A stretch of 64,000 nt of DNA from the human T2T-CHM13v2.0 reference genome, Homo sapiens. The stretch is from NCBI RefSeq assembly GCF_009914755.1, contig NC_060937.1, one strand, 5' to 3'. The notes under the pieces are model-generated. The model saw only the letters and a program-made list of their open reading frames with translations. It was not told the DNA's origin and searched no databases. A program made the position numbers and the translations under genes. Below, piece after piece: positions 1 to 14,719 of this stretch (its first letter is position 1; every line of letters begins with the position of its first letter).

Positions 1-648
1 AAGTGACCAGCTTCCCCTTTATGAGTGACTTCCCAAGGCCCAGGAGCCATTTGGGGCTGCAGAGCAGCTGGCTGCATGCTGCCCTGGCTTCTTCCATGTT
101 GTGCTGGTCACTACCTACCAAGGGGTGTCAGATGCAGGCACAATGTAGGACGATTGTCTCTGGGCCTGTGTCTTGGTTATCATGGAGCTAGACTGGGTCT
201 GGTGACAGGGCCCTGATGGGGTTGTCCTGTGTGGTCACGGAGGTGATCAGAAAAGATGCAGAATGGAATTGCTGCGAGGATGAATGAGATGACTGTCAGC
301 ACATAACAGGCAGCTGGTGAGTGTTCAGGGATTACCCTCAGTAGCTGCCCAGAGACCAAAACCATCCACCTGATAGTGACTTTTCCCAAGCCAGAAGGAA
401 GAGAAAAGAGCAGGTCCCACTCACCTGAATCTGATCAGTGAGCTGTGTTGAGATGTGCCTCTCATCTAGAAAATGGTCCTTCACGCAGAGCTACTCACAG
501 ACACTGCTGTGTGTCTCTAACTGCTCCACAACACAGAGGCGATGGGGACTCAGCAACAGTGACATTGTGGGGTGACACAACCCACCACCATGGGAGTCTG
601 CTTGGGTCAACAGGGCCCAGAGTCAGTGTCCTCTATCCCCTGAACTGA

Positions 649-720
649 CATGTGTGTATGCAATGTATTTGTGTATGCATATGTGCCTGTGTGTGTGTGA
701 GTGTGTATGTGTGTGTTTGT
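649..720. repeat. Imperfect (TG)n microsatellite
   Basis: TG-rich dinucleotide tract. Confidence 0.8.
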
Positions 721-1084
721 CTTGCTTCTCTGGACAGGCCTAGCTTCTCCACTCATGGGTGCACCCAGGTCCTCATCACTGTCACCTTAGAGCATTAGAG
801 CCTCTATAGGTGCTCCCCAATCTCTGCCCTCCCCACCCATGGTGGTCCTGGGGATGCAGACAGAGGAGGGGCACTGCATAATGCTGAGAGGGCTGGCACC
901 CTCTCTAGGTGGAACACAGGTCATTTGTAAAGTTCTAGGTCTGCCAAGCAGTATTGGATTCAACACATCTTCTCACCTTCTCTTTCCAGCCACCCTCCAG
1001 GGTGCCCCGACTCACTTTCCCTGCAGATGGAGGCAAGGAGGCTCCACAGACAACCCTCCTGCCTGAGGTCACATAGTGGCCAGC

Positions 1085-1700
1085 AGGTCAGGTACTGACA
1101 AACTGCCCCTGACCAGGTTCCCAGTGATGAGTGATGAGACCCCTAATGACCACTCCTCCATTGACCAGGTCCCACTGATCAAGTCCCCACTGACCATGTC
1201 TTCCTAACCAGGCCCACACTTAATAGGCCTCATAGGCCAGACCCCACTGACCAATTTTCCACTGACCTGGTCCCCATTGACAAGACAGGGTTCCCACTGA
1301 CAAGACCACAATTTACCAGGTTGCTGCTCAACCGACCCCCCACTGAACAATTCTCCATGAACGAGTACCCAGCTGACTGAGCCCCCTCTGACCAGGCCCT
1401 CACTGACCAGGCTCCAAGCCACTAAGGCCCCACACTGACCAGGCCCGTGATATATTGTGTATGCCCCACCAACCAGTTTTTCATTGTTTATGTTCCAACA
1501 GATCAGGCCCCACTAATAAAGCCACCACTGACTAGGTCCCCCCACTGACCAGGCTTCCAATGACTAGGTCACCAGGTCCCCACTGATGAGGCCTTTACTG
1601 AGGAGGCTGCCACTAACCAGGCCCCTGCTGATCAGGTCCCAAATGACCAGGTCCTGATGACCAGGTCATCTCTGACCATGGTCCACTGACCAGGCCCCGG
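1085..1700. repeat. Degenerate ~15-17-bp minisatellite (CCCCACTGACCAGG core)
   Basis: Dozens of imperfect CACTGACCAGG(T/C)CCC units. Confidence 0.85.
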
Positions 1701-4282
1701 AGCAACGGGGTTCAAAGTCTCATTACAATGTCCCCCTCAGCTCATAGACCCTCCCTCCCTGCATGTGTGCCCAGAGGTCAGGCCCTGGGGTTTTTTTTTG
1801 GGACGTGGCCTTTCCTCCAAGACACAGGGAGAGACAGTTGGCCTCAGGCTCCAGGTTCCCAGCTCCACACTCACCCCAAAGGCCCTCTGGGCCCGTCTCA
1901 AAGGAGAAAGTGAGGTGGCCTGACACTGCCTGGACACACCATCTACCCTATTCCTGAGTGTCAGGGTGTGAGGAAGGGAGGGACATTTGGCAGATAAGGC
2001 ACGCTGTGCTGTTGGGTCTCTCAGGGCCCTTCCCACAGAGCCCCGATCTAAAGACAGAACACAGAGGCTACAGGAAGACTAATCCAGAACCTCTGAGACA
2101 GCCAGGGACCACATGAGGACTCTCCCCAGACAGCCAGAAGGCCCTTTGCTAGTTTCTTGGTACTTCAGTGGATGTGGCAGTGGTTCTTCTGTTGGGGACC
2201 AGTGAGTACACACTGGGGAGGGCTCACCTGTGCTTCCTCAGTGGCTCCACCTCTGCTTCTAAAAAAAATGACTCATTCCAGAGCTGGCGCAGAGAAAATA
2301 CAAGCTGAGCTTAGAACATCTTCTGCCAGAAAGTAAAAAAGTGCCGACAGAGTAATGGAGACAAATCAAAGAGACATAAAGTCAGCTTGGAATGTCTACT
2401 ACTGGCCTAATCTTGGGGAATTGGAGCATCAGAATCATGAGCTTTCCTTCTCCCTTATTTATTGGTTTTATTTCTCCATGTAGAACAAAGAAGAGAATAA
2501 GAAAATAATCATCTGGTAACCATCATAGTAATAATTGTTCAAACACAAGTCATCCATGAAATGCTAAATCTAGTGGGTTCTGAGGAGTAACCAGATATTT
2601 ACAGAGCCTCAAAGTATCTCCATACAAAATACAGTTGAACTACAAAAAGAAAATTGTAACATTAACATGGACAAACCTGGCAGGTACTCCTTAACTCTCC
2701 TAAGTAATAAAAACTGTAAAATGCAAATAAGCCTTCGATGACCTTTACTAACCTTTACTAAAGTATCAGTGATGACTTGGTTGTTTAAACAGCTGACATT
2801 TGGGCAATTTGAGTATGTCAAACTCAATAATACTGGTTTTCATTTGCAAGATCCACTTAAAACTTAAGGAGGCCAAAAAACATCATTTAAAATACCCTAT
2901 AAATTATAATCATACATATGATACAAAAATATCCTACTTCAGTAAATATTGGAATGTTATATATTTTATGAGAAACAATTAAAATGTGTAAATAGCCCAG
3001 TAATAAAGTTTTATAATCTTTTAAATCATCATAGAATTTTTCCTTAAGACTTTATGGTTAAATATTCTCTTCATTAGATGTGGCTTACCCGTGGATTCTA
3101 GAGAAGAAAGTAGATGGGAGCAAGTGTCCAATACAGCAACAGCTGGAAAGAAAAATAAAGAATTTTGTTCTTTACCTAAAACACTTCAGTTAACTAAGTG
3201 TGAGTTTAAAAACTAAAGACTTGAGAACTTTATCAGAGTTAATAAGAATGAGAAATATGTATGTACATTTACAATACAAAATTACTATTTAATAATTTAC
3301 ACATGGCATTAATTGTAATTGTGTTTAAATATCAGAACTTTTTCAGTCTTCATTCATGTAATCAACAGCCACATGTTAAGGTACTAGAACCAGCACTGGA
3401 ATTACAAGATGAAGATGGCATGGTCCACCTCTCAACAGTCATAAGCTATAACCTAAAAAACAGACAGGCAGGCAATGTCCATATAGAGTCATAGATACCG
3501 TGACAGGTATACAGCAGGGCACTACTGGAACACAGAGAAGGGACATCTACCCACTTTTATGTCAATATCATGGGCTTTCTGGTGGAGGAGATAACATAGG
3601 TTGATACCTGAAGGACAAGGAAAAGCTTCCCAGATAGAGGAAAGAGGCAAAGGCAAAGAGCCTGAGGTGAGGAAGAGCCCTGCAGAGTTCCACTCCATCC
3701 AGTTTGGTGCTAGAGCAAAGGGCAGAGTGCAGTAAGTGGTGAGAAACAAGGCTGAGTAACTTGGCAAGAATTACATTGACATGGGTGTTTTTATTTCATG
3801 GTGAAAAATTTGGAACTTTTCCTGAGAACAAGTGTAAGCCAATGACACAGTAAATTAGAGGAGATTTAAAATGTCACCTGTCAAGTGACTGCTTATGAAG
3901 GGTTATTGCTCAGCTAAGTATTTCTGAATGAGTCTTAGGTCTGTTGGCCTTCAATCTCTACCGAAACCCTGAGAACTTGATGATGCTTTTGTTTTCTGAG
4001 AATCGTTTCAGTGTGCTGGCTGACAGTTCCATGAGGATGGCAAAACTTAAGAAACTGTAGAGCCAGTGAAAAAGAGATGCACAGACTTCTTGGGAACTGT
4101 TTAAGCTTAGGAACATGATGAATTTATGGTGCATAAGTACAGTCTTCTCTGTGAAAGTTTTTGTTTTCACATCTTTCATTAGATGTGTGTAAGAAAAAAA
4201 TATTGATGTAGTATCTACTAACCCAAGAATGAAAAGGAATGCCATTTGCTATTTACACTTTATTTCTAAAATAAACCTAAAT

Positions 4283-4354
4283 TTAATTAATAAATTTTGT
4301 CAACGTACTTCTCTTTGTTTCTCTAATTATTTATTCTACACATTCCAGCCCCAT
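4283..4354 (-). pseudogene. Terminal ANKRD18B-like exon (MGLECVE*IIRETKRSTLTKFIN*)
   Basis: cttattttag|ATGGGGCTGG; internal TAA; possible donor gtacgt at 4308; resembles the recalled MELDCVEQIIRETKRSMLPKFIN. Confidence 0.72.
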
Positions 4355-4660
4355 CTAAAATAAGTAAAAATAATAATAATGTCTAAATTAAACAAGAAAC
4401 ATTATCATGAAAATCATGTATCACTTACAAAATGTGGCCTTCAGTATTTTTAGTGACTAGACATAACTTGAAGTTTGCTTAAATAGAAAAATAATCACAT
4501 AAATAAAATAAAATTTCTACTTATTTTAAGTTTAGATAACAGAGGATGTATATGTGTAATGCTGTTTAGAGTAATCTGACAAAAATGCAGTTAATATTGA
4601 TCTATTGCATATACATGATTTTAGAAAGGTAGTGTTTTATTAGTACAAAGGTTAAACAAT

Positions 4661-4966
<306 letters not shown>

Positions 4967-5104
4967 TTAAAGCCATCTTTTGCAATGAATGCATTGCTTT
5001 GAAATTCTTAGAAAACTCTGCCCTTTATAAAAGTTTAATCCATTTTTTACTTCAATAAATTTTATCTTAAAAAGAAATTTCTGTTCTCTACTTATAGTAA
5101 ACTT

Positions 5105-6265
5105 TTCTTTTTTTTTTCTAGTTTGTATTCTAAATTAACGTGGTACCTCTGTAAGTTTCTTCCAAAGGCATATTGAGGGATACCGAGGTTTGCAGTACAA
5201 TTAAACCCATCACACAGGTTGTGAGCATAGGACCCAAGAAGTAGTTTTTCAACCCTGGCCCACTCTGTCCCTCCCCATTCTTATTTCCCAGTGTCTATTA
5301 TTCCCACCTTTATGACAATGTGCACCCAATATGTAGCTCCCACATGAGTGAAAACATGAGATATTTGGTTTCTGTTTCTGCGTTGGTTTGCTTAGGAGAG
5401 TGGATTCCAGCTGTATTCATGTTGCTGCAAATGATGTGATTTTGTTCTTTTCATGGCTGCATAGTATTCCATGGTATATATGGAATTTTCCAATCTACCT
5501 TGGATTTTCAATCTACCTTGGATGTACCTGGATTGACTCCACATCTTTGCTATTGTGAATAGTGCTGCAACGAACATACATGTGTATACATCTTTTTGTT
5601 ACAATGATTTATTGTCCTTTCGGTATACCCCTAGTATAGTAATGGGGTTGCTGCATCCAACAGTCATTCTTAGTTCTTAATTTCCAAACTGCTCTCCATA
5701 GTAGCTGAATTAATTTACATTGCCACAAACGGTTTGTGTTCCCTTTTCTCCACAGCCTCCCCAACATCCTTTTTTAAGTTTTTATTTATTATTTGTTTTT
5801 AACAAAAGTCATTGTGACTGGTGTGAAATGGTATCTCATTGATGTTTTGTGTGGCATTTTTCTGATGATTAGCAATGGTAAGCATTTTTTAATGTTTGTT
5901 GGCCACTTACGTGTGTTATTTTGAGAACTGTCTGTTCATGTCCTTTGCCCATTTATAATGGTCTTATTTATTTTTTGCTTGTTGATTTGTTTAGGTCTCT
6001 TATGGATTCTGGATAATAGGCGTTTGCTATATCCATACTTTGTGAATATTTTCTTCCATTCTTTTAGGCTTTCTGTTTAATCTCGTGATAGTTTCTCATG
6101 CTGTGCAGAAGCTATTTAGCTAAATTAGATCACACTTGTCAATTTTTGTTATTCTTGCAATTGCTTTTGAGGACTTAGCCATAAATTAATTGACAAATAT
6201 GATATCCAGAAGAGTATTTCCTAGGTTTTTTCCAGGATTTTTATAGTCAGAAGATGTACTCTTAT
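5105..6265 (-). mobile_element. L1PA/L1PB 3' region
   Basis: ORF MFVAALFTIAKMWSQ..IYTMEYYAAMKR; reverse 3'UTR. Confidence 0.85.
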
Positions 6266-6283
6266 GTAAAGAAAGCACAAACC

Positions 6284-6578
6284 TTTTTTTTGTTTTGTTT
6301 TGAGACAGAGTCTCCATCACCAAGGCTATAGTGCAGTGGTATGATCTTGGCTTACTGCAACCTCTGTCTCCTGGGTTCAAGTGATTCTCCTGCCTCAGCC
6401 TCCTGAGTATCTGAGATTACACATGCCTGCCAACACGCCTTGCTAATTTTTGTATTTTTACTAGAGACAGGTTTCATCATGTTGGCCAGGCTGGTCTCAA
6501 ACTCCTGACGTCAGGTGATTCACCTGCCTCGGCCTCCCCAAATTTTGGGATTACAAGTGTGAGCCACCATGCCTGGCC
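6284..6578 (-). mobile_element. AluS
   Basis: Reverse Alu consensus, TSD AAGCACAAA. Confidence 0.88.
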
Positions 6579-6752
6579 AAGCACAAAGCTTTTAAAATAA
6601 AAAGGGAAATGAACATTTTAGTGTTTTGTTTAATTCATAAAATGCAATTATTTTGGATTCTACTAAATAATAAACATCCATATGTGGCAAAGTGGATGCT
6701 AATCATTCAGTTGTGATTATGGGTGGGAAGAATTGAGACGGTGCAAATAAAC

Positions 6753-7403
<651 letters not shown>

Positions 7404-7759
7404 CTAAACTATAATCAATTAGAGAGTAAGCCAGACCATCTCAAAGTATATCATCACTTATCAGGCAATAACATGCAATTTCTAAAACCTAACTTAAATG
7501 CAGCTTTTAAAGACATTTCAAACATGTCAGTTTAGTCACGTTTCTTGAATAAAGTTAGCAAATGGATATCTCTTGAAAATGAGAGCTCCAGGGAATTAAA
7601 AAATGTAAAGTTCCCATTTCCTTTCTGTGTTAACACAGCTAATTATGATCTTTACTTCACATGCAAAAGTCAACAGAACAACTCAGTATTTCACCAAATT
7701 ATAAACAAGAATTACGCTAGAGAAATGAAACCCTAAAGAGAAACGGTCATATAACTAAC

Positions 7760-7980
<221 letters not shown>

Positions 7981-9318
7981 CTGTAAAGGTAGCAAAGACA
8001 AATGCTTAATATTTCATTTTTCCTTAAATGATTCTTAATGACTTGCAGTTTTTAAAAACTTACCCTGAGAGTAAACCAAATTACCCACTAAATAGTGTTT
8101 TCACACAGAAGATGTGTAAGAGCATACCTGTTGTAAGGAATTATAATTTTAAAATCATTCTAAAGAAGCACCATTGTTTCTAAGGTGATTTCTACTGAAC
8201 TAGCAGTTCAAACAAAGTAGACAGGGAAGAGAAATGGCTATCAGTGATGTATGGCTCAACAGGTAAAACTTCCTGCCTTCTAAAATGGCTGTACTTGGAA
8301 GATTCTGAAGATTCCATTAGAAATACTTGTATTTAAAGGGTAATAATGTGGGAAAATGAATATGTTGATTTGCTTGATTATAAGAACCACTTCACTAGAA
8401 ATAATTATATCAAAACATCATGTTGTACTCCTTAATGTACGTTAAGAAAACTAAAATGAACGAAAAAAAATCTAGGAACACTTGTGTTTAGTAAACCAGT
8501 TTTAGATTTCACTCTTGTACATTTCACCCATTATCTAGGACCAATTAAACATTTGGCACTGAGGAATAATTCAGAGCAACAACTCCTAGGGGAGAACTAG
8601 ATTGTCTGGTTGGTGATCAAAAAGAATTAAAGCATCTCTGAAGGCAATTAGTCCCCAACACTGTGACCAAGGCCCTGGAGGTGGGGCATGTTCTTTCTGC
8701 CTTCCACACACCGCTTCAGGCTGAACAAGGTGTTATTTTTTTAACCGCTTTGTGAATTACACTTCTTTAAATTCCTGTGATAATTATTCCCTATTTCACA
8801 AGGGTGCCTTTCTGTAACATCTTGAATATGTTACACAAATAGTCTTTCTTGAGGCACCCTCTGGTGATAATACTAAAGATCACAATCAAAAACAATTGTG
8901 CCCAGAGTAGAAGTACCACTTTGCATTTAGGTTGTGATCCACTGAAAAGTAAATTAAACACATTAATATTTCTATTTAGGGAAATTCTGACAAGTAATTT
9001 TATAACAAGGTCACTTCATTGATTATAAAGCTTCAAAAATACTTAGTGAAAAAAACTAACAGATCAGGTTAATTACATGAGACTTTTCAGGAAAAAAAGC
9101 CATACAAAAGCAAAAAAAAAAAAAAATGAGAGGAGAGACAAAAACTATCTTTGACTAACATTTTAAAGGTAAAATTATTTACTAACATTATTTTTCAAAA
9201 TTACATTGTCAAATTAGCATTCACTTCCTTCTAATCTGAAGCCATCTCACTAAAAATTATGCTTTTGAAACAAATTAATGAGCTTAATTCATTTTCTATG
9301 AGTGTATGTTTTGACTTA

Positions 9319-9533
<215 letters not shown>

Positions 9534-10029
9534 CTAAAACAGAGGAAAAGAATACACTTTTAAAACAATTATAACCTAATTATTATGTTTGTTGCCTTTC
9601 ATTTTGAGTCAGCGATTCAAAGAGTATTTTTGAATATGTTAAAAAAGAGGATGAAGTTTAAAATATTTCAGCAATATCAAAACTAATAACTGAATTCAGA
9701 ATTAAGTCTGATTTGTAAAAATTTGAAATCATAATTATGCTAGTATTAATGTAATCTGGTCATATAAAAAGTAATAGAATTCATTCATAGTTTTAAAAAG
9801 TGATCAATGAACACTGTAGCTAAAGACCAATTCATAATTATCACATAATTTCTAAATCACAATTTTTTCCTATGCCAACTGGTCTTAATCATCAAATTAC
9901 TCCATAATGAGAATCATTACTCTGAAAGATTGATTTTGTTATAATAATAATGGAAATTTAAATATTTAAAAGAAAAAACAGATACCATTTTTTTCTAGAA
10001 CTCTACAAAGCAGATTGCTACAAGAGAGG

Positions 10030-10562
<533 letters not shown>

Positions 10563-10911
10563 TTATCTGTAATGCAGCAGATTCTTCAAATGTGAACCCT
10601 TAAATTACTCAGAATTTTAAGAACAAAGTTAAAGCTACCATGAGTCATAAAAATATATTCTTTACTATCATCATCTTTGCCACAGAATTTTTGTGCTTCA
10701 TTTTACTTTTATTTTTCTGATAATTCATTTTTGTTCCTCCTTAAATGGCACAAAGTTATCTCCTAGTAAAAAGTGTCTAACCACCTTCCTTCATTATCAT
10801 TCCCCACAGTATGTCAAAAAAAGTTTCAGAGATATCATATTGAGTTATTTAGGCCAAAGTCAATAAATGGGTCTAGGAATAAGACTTTGAAAGTGATATT
10901 ACACTCTATAT

Positions 10912-11200
10912 TAGGCATGGTGGCTCATGCCTGTAATCCTAGCACTTTAAAAAGTTGTGGCAGAAAGATCACTTGAGGCCAGGAATTTGAGATCAGCCAG
11001 AGCAACATAGTGAGACCCCCATCTCTACAAAAAAAAATTTTTTTAATTACCCGGGCATGGTGGCTCATGCCTGTAGACCCAGCTAGTTGGGATACTGAGG
11101 CAAAAGGATGGCTTGTACCCAGAGTTCAGGGCTGCAGTGAATTATTATCGCTGCACTTCTGCCTGGATGACAGACAAAGACCCTATCTCAAAAAACAACA
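10912..11200 (+). mobile_element. AluJ
   Basis: Diverged Alu consensus. Confidence 0.82.
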
Positions 11201-11299
11201 CAAAATAATGAAATCTATGATTAAGGATTCTGATGCTATAAGCCTTTCCTTAAACTGCAAATGTTTCATGCTAATTTGAATTGCATTTTAAGAAGTAAT

Positions 11300-13040
11300 G
11301 ATTCTTGGGGTAAAGACCATAGAATATGGCACCCAGAAATAAATTCACATATTTCCAGCCAACTGATTTTGGACGAACATGCCAAGAACGTACGCTGGGG
11401 AAAGGACAGCCTCTTCAAATGAATGACACTGGGAAAACTAAATATCCATATGGAGAAGAATGATATTAGCTTCCTATGTAACACCATATAACAACATAAA
11501 CTCAGAATCGATTGAAGACTGAAATGTAAGGCCCAAAATTATCAAACTACTCTAAGTAAATATAAGGAAAAGGCTTGAGGACATTAGTCTGCACAAAGAT
11601 TTTTATGGGTAAGACATCAGAAGCATAGGCAAACAACAAATCATAGACAAAAGACACTACATTAAGCTAAAGAGCTTCTGTCCATCAAACAACTGAGTGA
11701 AGAGAAAACCTGTAGAATAGGAGAAAATATTGTCAAGCTATTCACCTAATGAGGGACTAATATACAAAATATACAAAAAAACTCAAACAACATCACAGTA
11801 AAAAAATCTGAGTTTAAAATTGGGCAAAATATCTAACTATACTTTTTTTTAGAAAAAGAAATACAAATAGCCAATAAATAAATTTTAAAATGCTCAGTAT
11901 CACTAATCCTCAGGGAAATACAAATCAAATCTACAATGTGATATAATCTTGCTTCAATTTGAATAAATTGCTGTCATTGAAAAGACAAAAAAAATAACAA
12001 ATGCTGGTGAGGCTCCAGAGAACAGTAAACTCTTACATGCTGTTGGTGGGAAGGTAAATTAGTGCAGCCACTATAGAGAACAACAGGAGGTTTTCTCAAA
12101 AAAACTAATAATGGGACTGCCGAGGGATCCAGCAACCCCACTACCGGGTATTCAGGCAATAGAAAAGAAAACAATAGATCAAAAGGATATCTGTCCTCAT
12201 ATGTTTACTGTAGCACTATCCACAACAGCTTGTGTATGGAATCAACATACATGTCCATCACCAAATGAATGGATGAAAAACTGTGGCACACAAACACAGT
12301 GGAATACTATTCACCATATAAAGGAATTAAATCCTGTTATTCCTGGCCACGTGGATCAGTCTGATGGATGTTAAGTGCAGACACAGAAAGATAAATACTG
12401 CACATTCTTACTCATGTGTGGGAGCTAAAGGAAAATTGAAGGCTGGGCAATATGGCTGATGCCTGTAATTTCCTAGCTCTTTGTAAGACCAAGGCAAGAG
12501 AATCATTTGAGGCCAAAAGTTCCAGAGCTCCCTGGGCAACATAGGGAGATATCTCTACAAAGTCAAAAATCAGACATGTGCAATGGTGCATGCCCATAAT
12601 GCCAGCTGCTCAGGAGGCTGAGGTGTGAGGATCTGATGGGCCCAAGAGTTTGAAGCTGCAGTGAACTATGATCAAACCACTGTCTCCAGTCTGGGTGACT
12701 ACAGTTGCCCAGAGCCCAGACTACACTAGCAAGACCCTGTCTCTTAACAAAAAAAAAGCTCACAGAAGTAGGGGAGGGGAGGCTGGTTAATGGATACAGA
12801 ATTACAGTTAGATAAGAGGAGTGAGTTCTGGTGTTCTGTGGCATTGTAGGGTGAATATGGTTAACTATGACTTATTGTATATTTTTAAAAAGCCAGAAAA
12901 TTTTGAATGTTCACAATTCAAAGAAATGAAAAATGGTTGAAGTAGTAAATGTGCTAGTTAGCTTGATCATTACACACTATATACGTGTATAAAAATATCA
13001 CTCTATAGCCCATAATTATGTATATATGTGTCAATTAAAA
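11300..13040 (+). mobile_element. L1MA-like element interrupted by AluJ (12441-12757)
   Basis: L1 ORF2/3'UTR motifs GGAAAGGACAGCCTCTTCAAAT, AAATACTGCACATTCTTACTCAT and AATGGATACAGAATTACAGTTAGATAAG. Confidence 0.8.
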
Positions 13041-13059
13041 CAAAAGAGAAGCTACATTC

Positions 13060-13470
13060 ATCCGATTTAAAAAACAGAATATGGGCCAGCCTTACTGACT
13101 TCCTTCTAATGAGTAGAATGTAGTGAAAGGGATACCATGTGGCTTCCCTATCTCAGACTGTTTTCCCTTGGAACCCAGCCCCTATTGTGAGAGCCATCAG
13201 GCCACAAAGAGAGCCTGAAAATGCCTGTGTCAGTGTTCATGCTGCCTGTCCCAACCAAGTTTACAGCCGATGGCCAGCATCAACCATCAAACAAGTGGGG
13301 GACCAAAGCTTCAGAGGATTCCATTTCCGCAACTGATCAGCTGTTCCTAGGGAAGCTGAAGGGAGCAGAGCAAGCTGTCCTGGCCAAGTTTTTCCCAAAC
13401 CACAGGTTCATGAATAAAATAAATGTTTTTCTTTCAAGCCACAAGACTCTGGGTAATTGTTAGGAAAATA
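13060..13470 (+). mobile_element. MLT1-type MaLR LTR remnant
   Basis: 3' motif AATAAAATAAATGTT..TTCAAGCCAC..GGGTAATTGTT. Confidence 0.6.
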
Positions 13471-14719
13471 AGTTTTAAAAAGAGACAACAGGAAACATAA
13501 CTTATGCAGCAGAAAAGAGTCTCCTTTAAAGCAGGATCTAATAAAGGTTGATATTTATTTATTGATGTCAAACATTATTGAGAAGCAGTAGATAACCAGG
13601 AGAGAGACATAAGCTGCTGAGGAGGAATTTTCCTAAAACAACTTCAATAATGAACGCTGATAACAAGGCAAGGGTGTCTTCTTACAATTTCCCCTCAAGT
13701 TAGGAAGTAAGACTGGGAAGCAAGAAGATGTATGATTTGAAAAACAACTAGAAATACTGGGTGACATAGGCAAAATCAGACATTTACCTGATTTCAATTA
13801 ACTAAAATTCTAAAAGAAGAAGTTTTGAGTATTTATTAATCAACCTAGTATTCAATTTTCATTTTCTTTTCTAAATGAGGAAATAAGGAGAATATTATGG
13901 AATGATTTTTATTCTTCACAGAAGTAAAATAAGCATAGTGTGTTTTGAGTGTTAAGACACAAATGCAATTTCTCCTTTACCTTACGCCAAGCTTGTTTGT
14001 ATGGAGAATTTAAGACCATCCCATCTCTATGTTATGCCACAATGCTTCTCTATAGCACACAACTTGGCTCTGAAATTTTGAAAGTCAAAATACTAATCTA
14101 CTATGTGTCTCTGATAAATTGCCTGAACCTTACCTGACTTTGAAGTGCTGCACTCCTAAGACTTTTTCTTGGAATGAGTTAAACGTTTTATTCCAAGAAT
14201 CCTCTACTGAGCTAGAAAGCAGAGCTGTGCATCTCTGTTTCAGTAAAAGGAGGTCAATATAGGGAACTGTGGTTTCTGAGAATGCAAGATCTGCACTAAT
14301 AAAAGGATTAGCCACTGTGCTACCCAAGAGAACCAGCTACCAGGAGAAAAGAGGGTCTGTAAACTGCAAGATGATGACTTCACTTGATTTCCACTGAGGA
14401 AAGCTGGCGGCTCAGACTTAAACTTCTCCTTCCTAGATGGTAAACATCTATGGAAGGTTCTATGAATTATAATGAGTTAGTAAAACATAATGCACTGAAT
14501 ATTAGACTATGTCAGCAGATCCTGTAACCAAAACTTACTGAAAATATAACTATAGTGGGAGGCAATGGAAAAGAGACTAAAGGCTTGAATGGAGAAAAAA
14601 AGAAATTAAGTGTGTCTTGTAAGCCTGGCGTCTGATCATGTCTTAGAGGAAGTAAGGTATAAGCTGGCCAGAGACTCCTTTGTGACACAAAAGGTGAAGT
14701 TACAGACATTCCACTAAAT

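Noticed and set aside
3-1066. Short GC-rich ORFs, possible CYP4F pseudogene
   Set aside because: No P450 motifs could be read, so the assignment is unsupported by the sequence.
14130-14327. Minus-strand ORF ending at a strong donor (CAG|gtaagg)
   Set aside because: No recognisable homology to the family and no clear acceptor; at most a cryptic exon.
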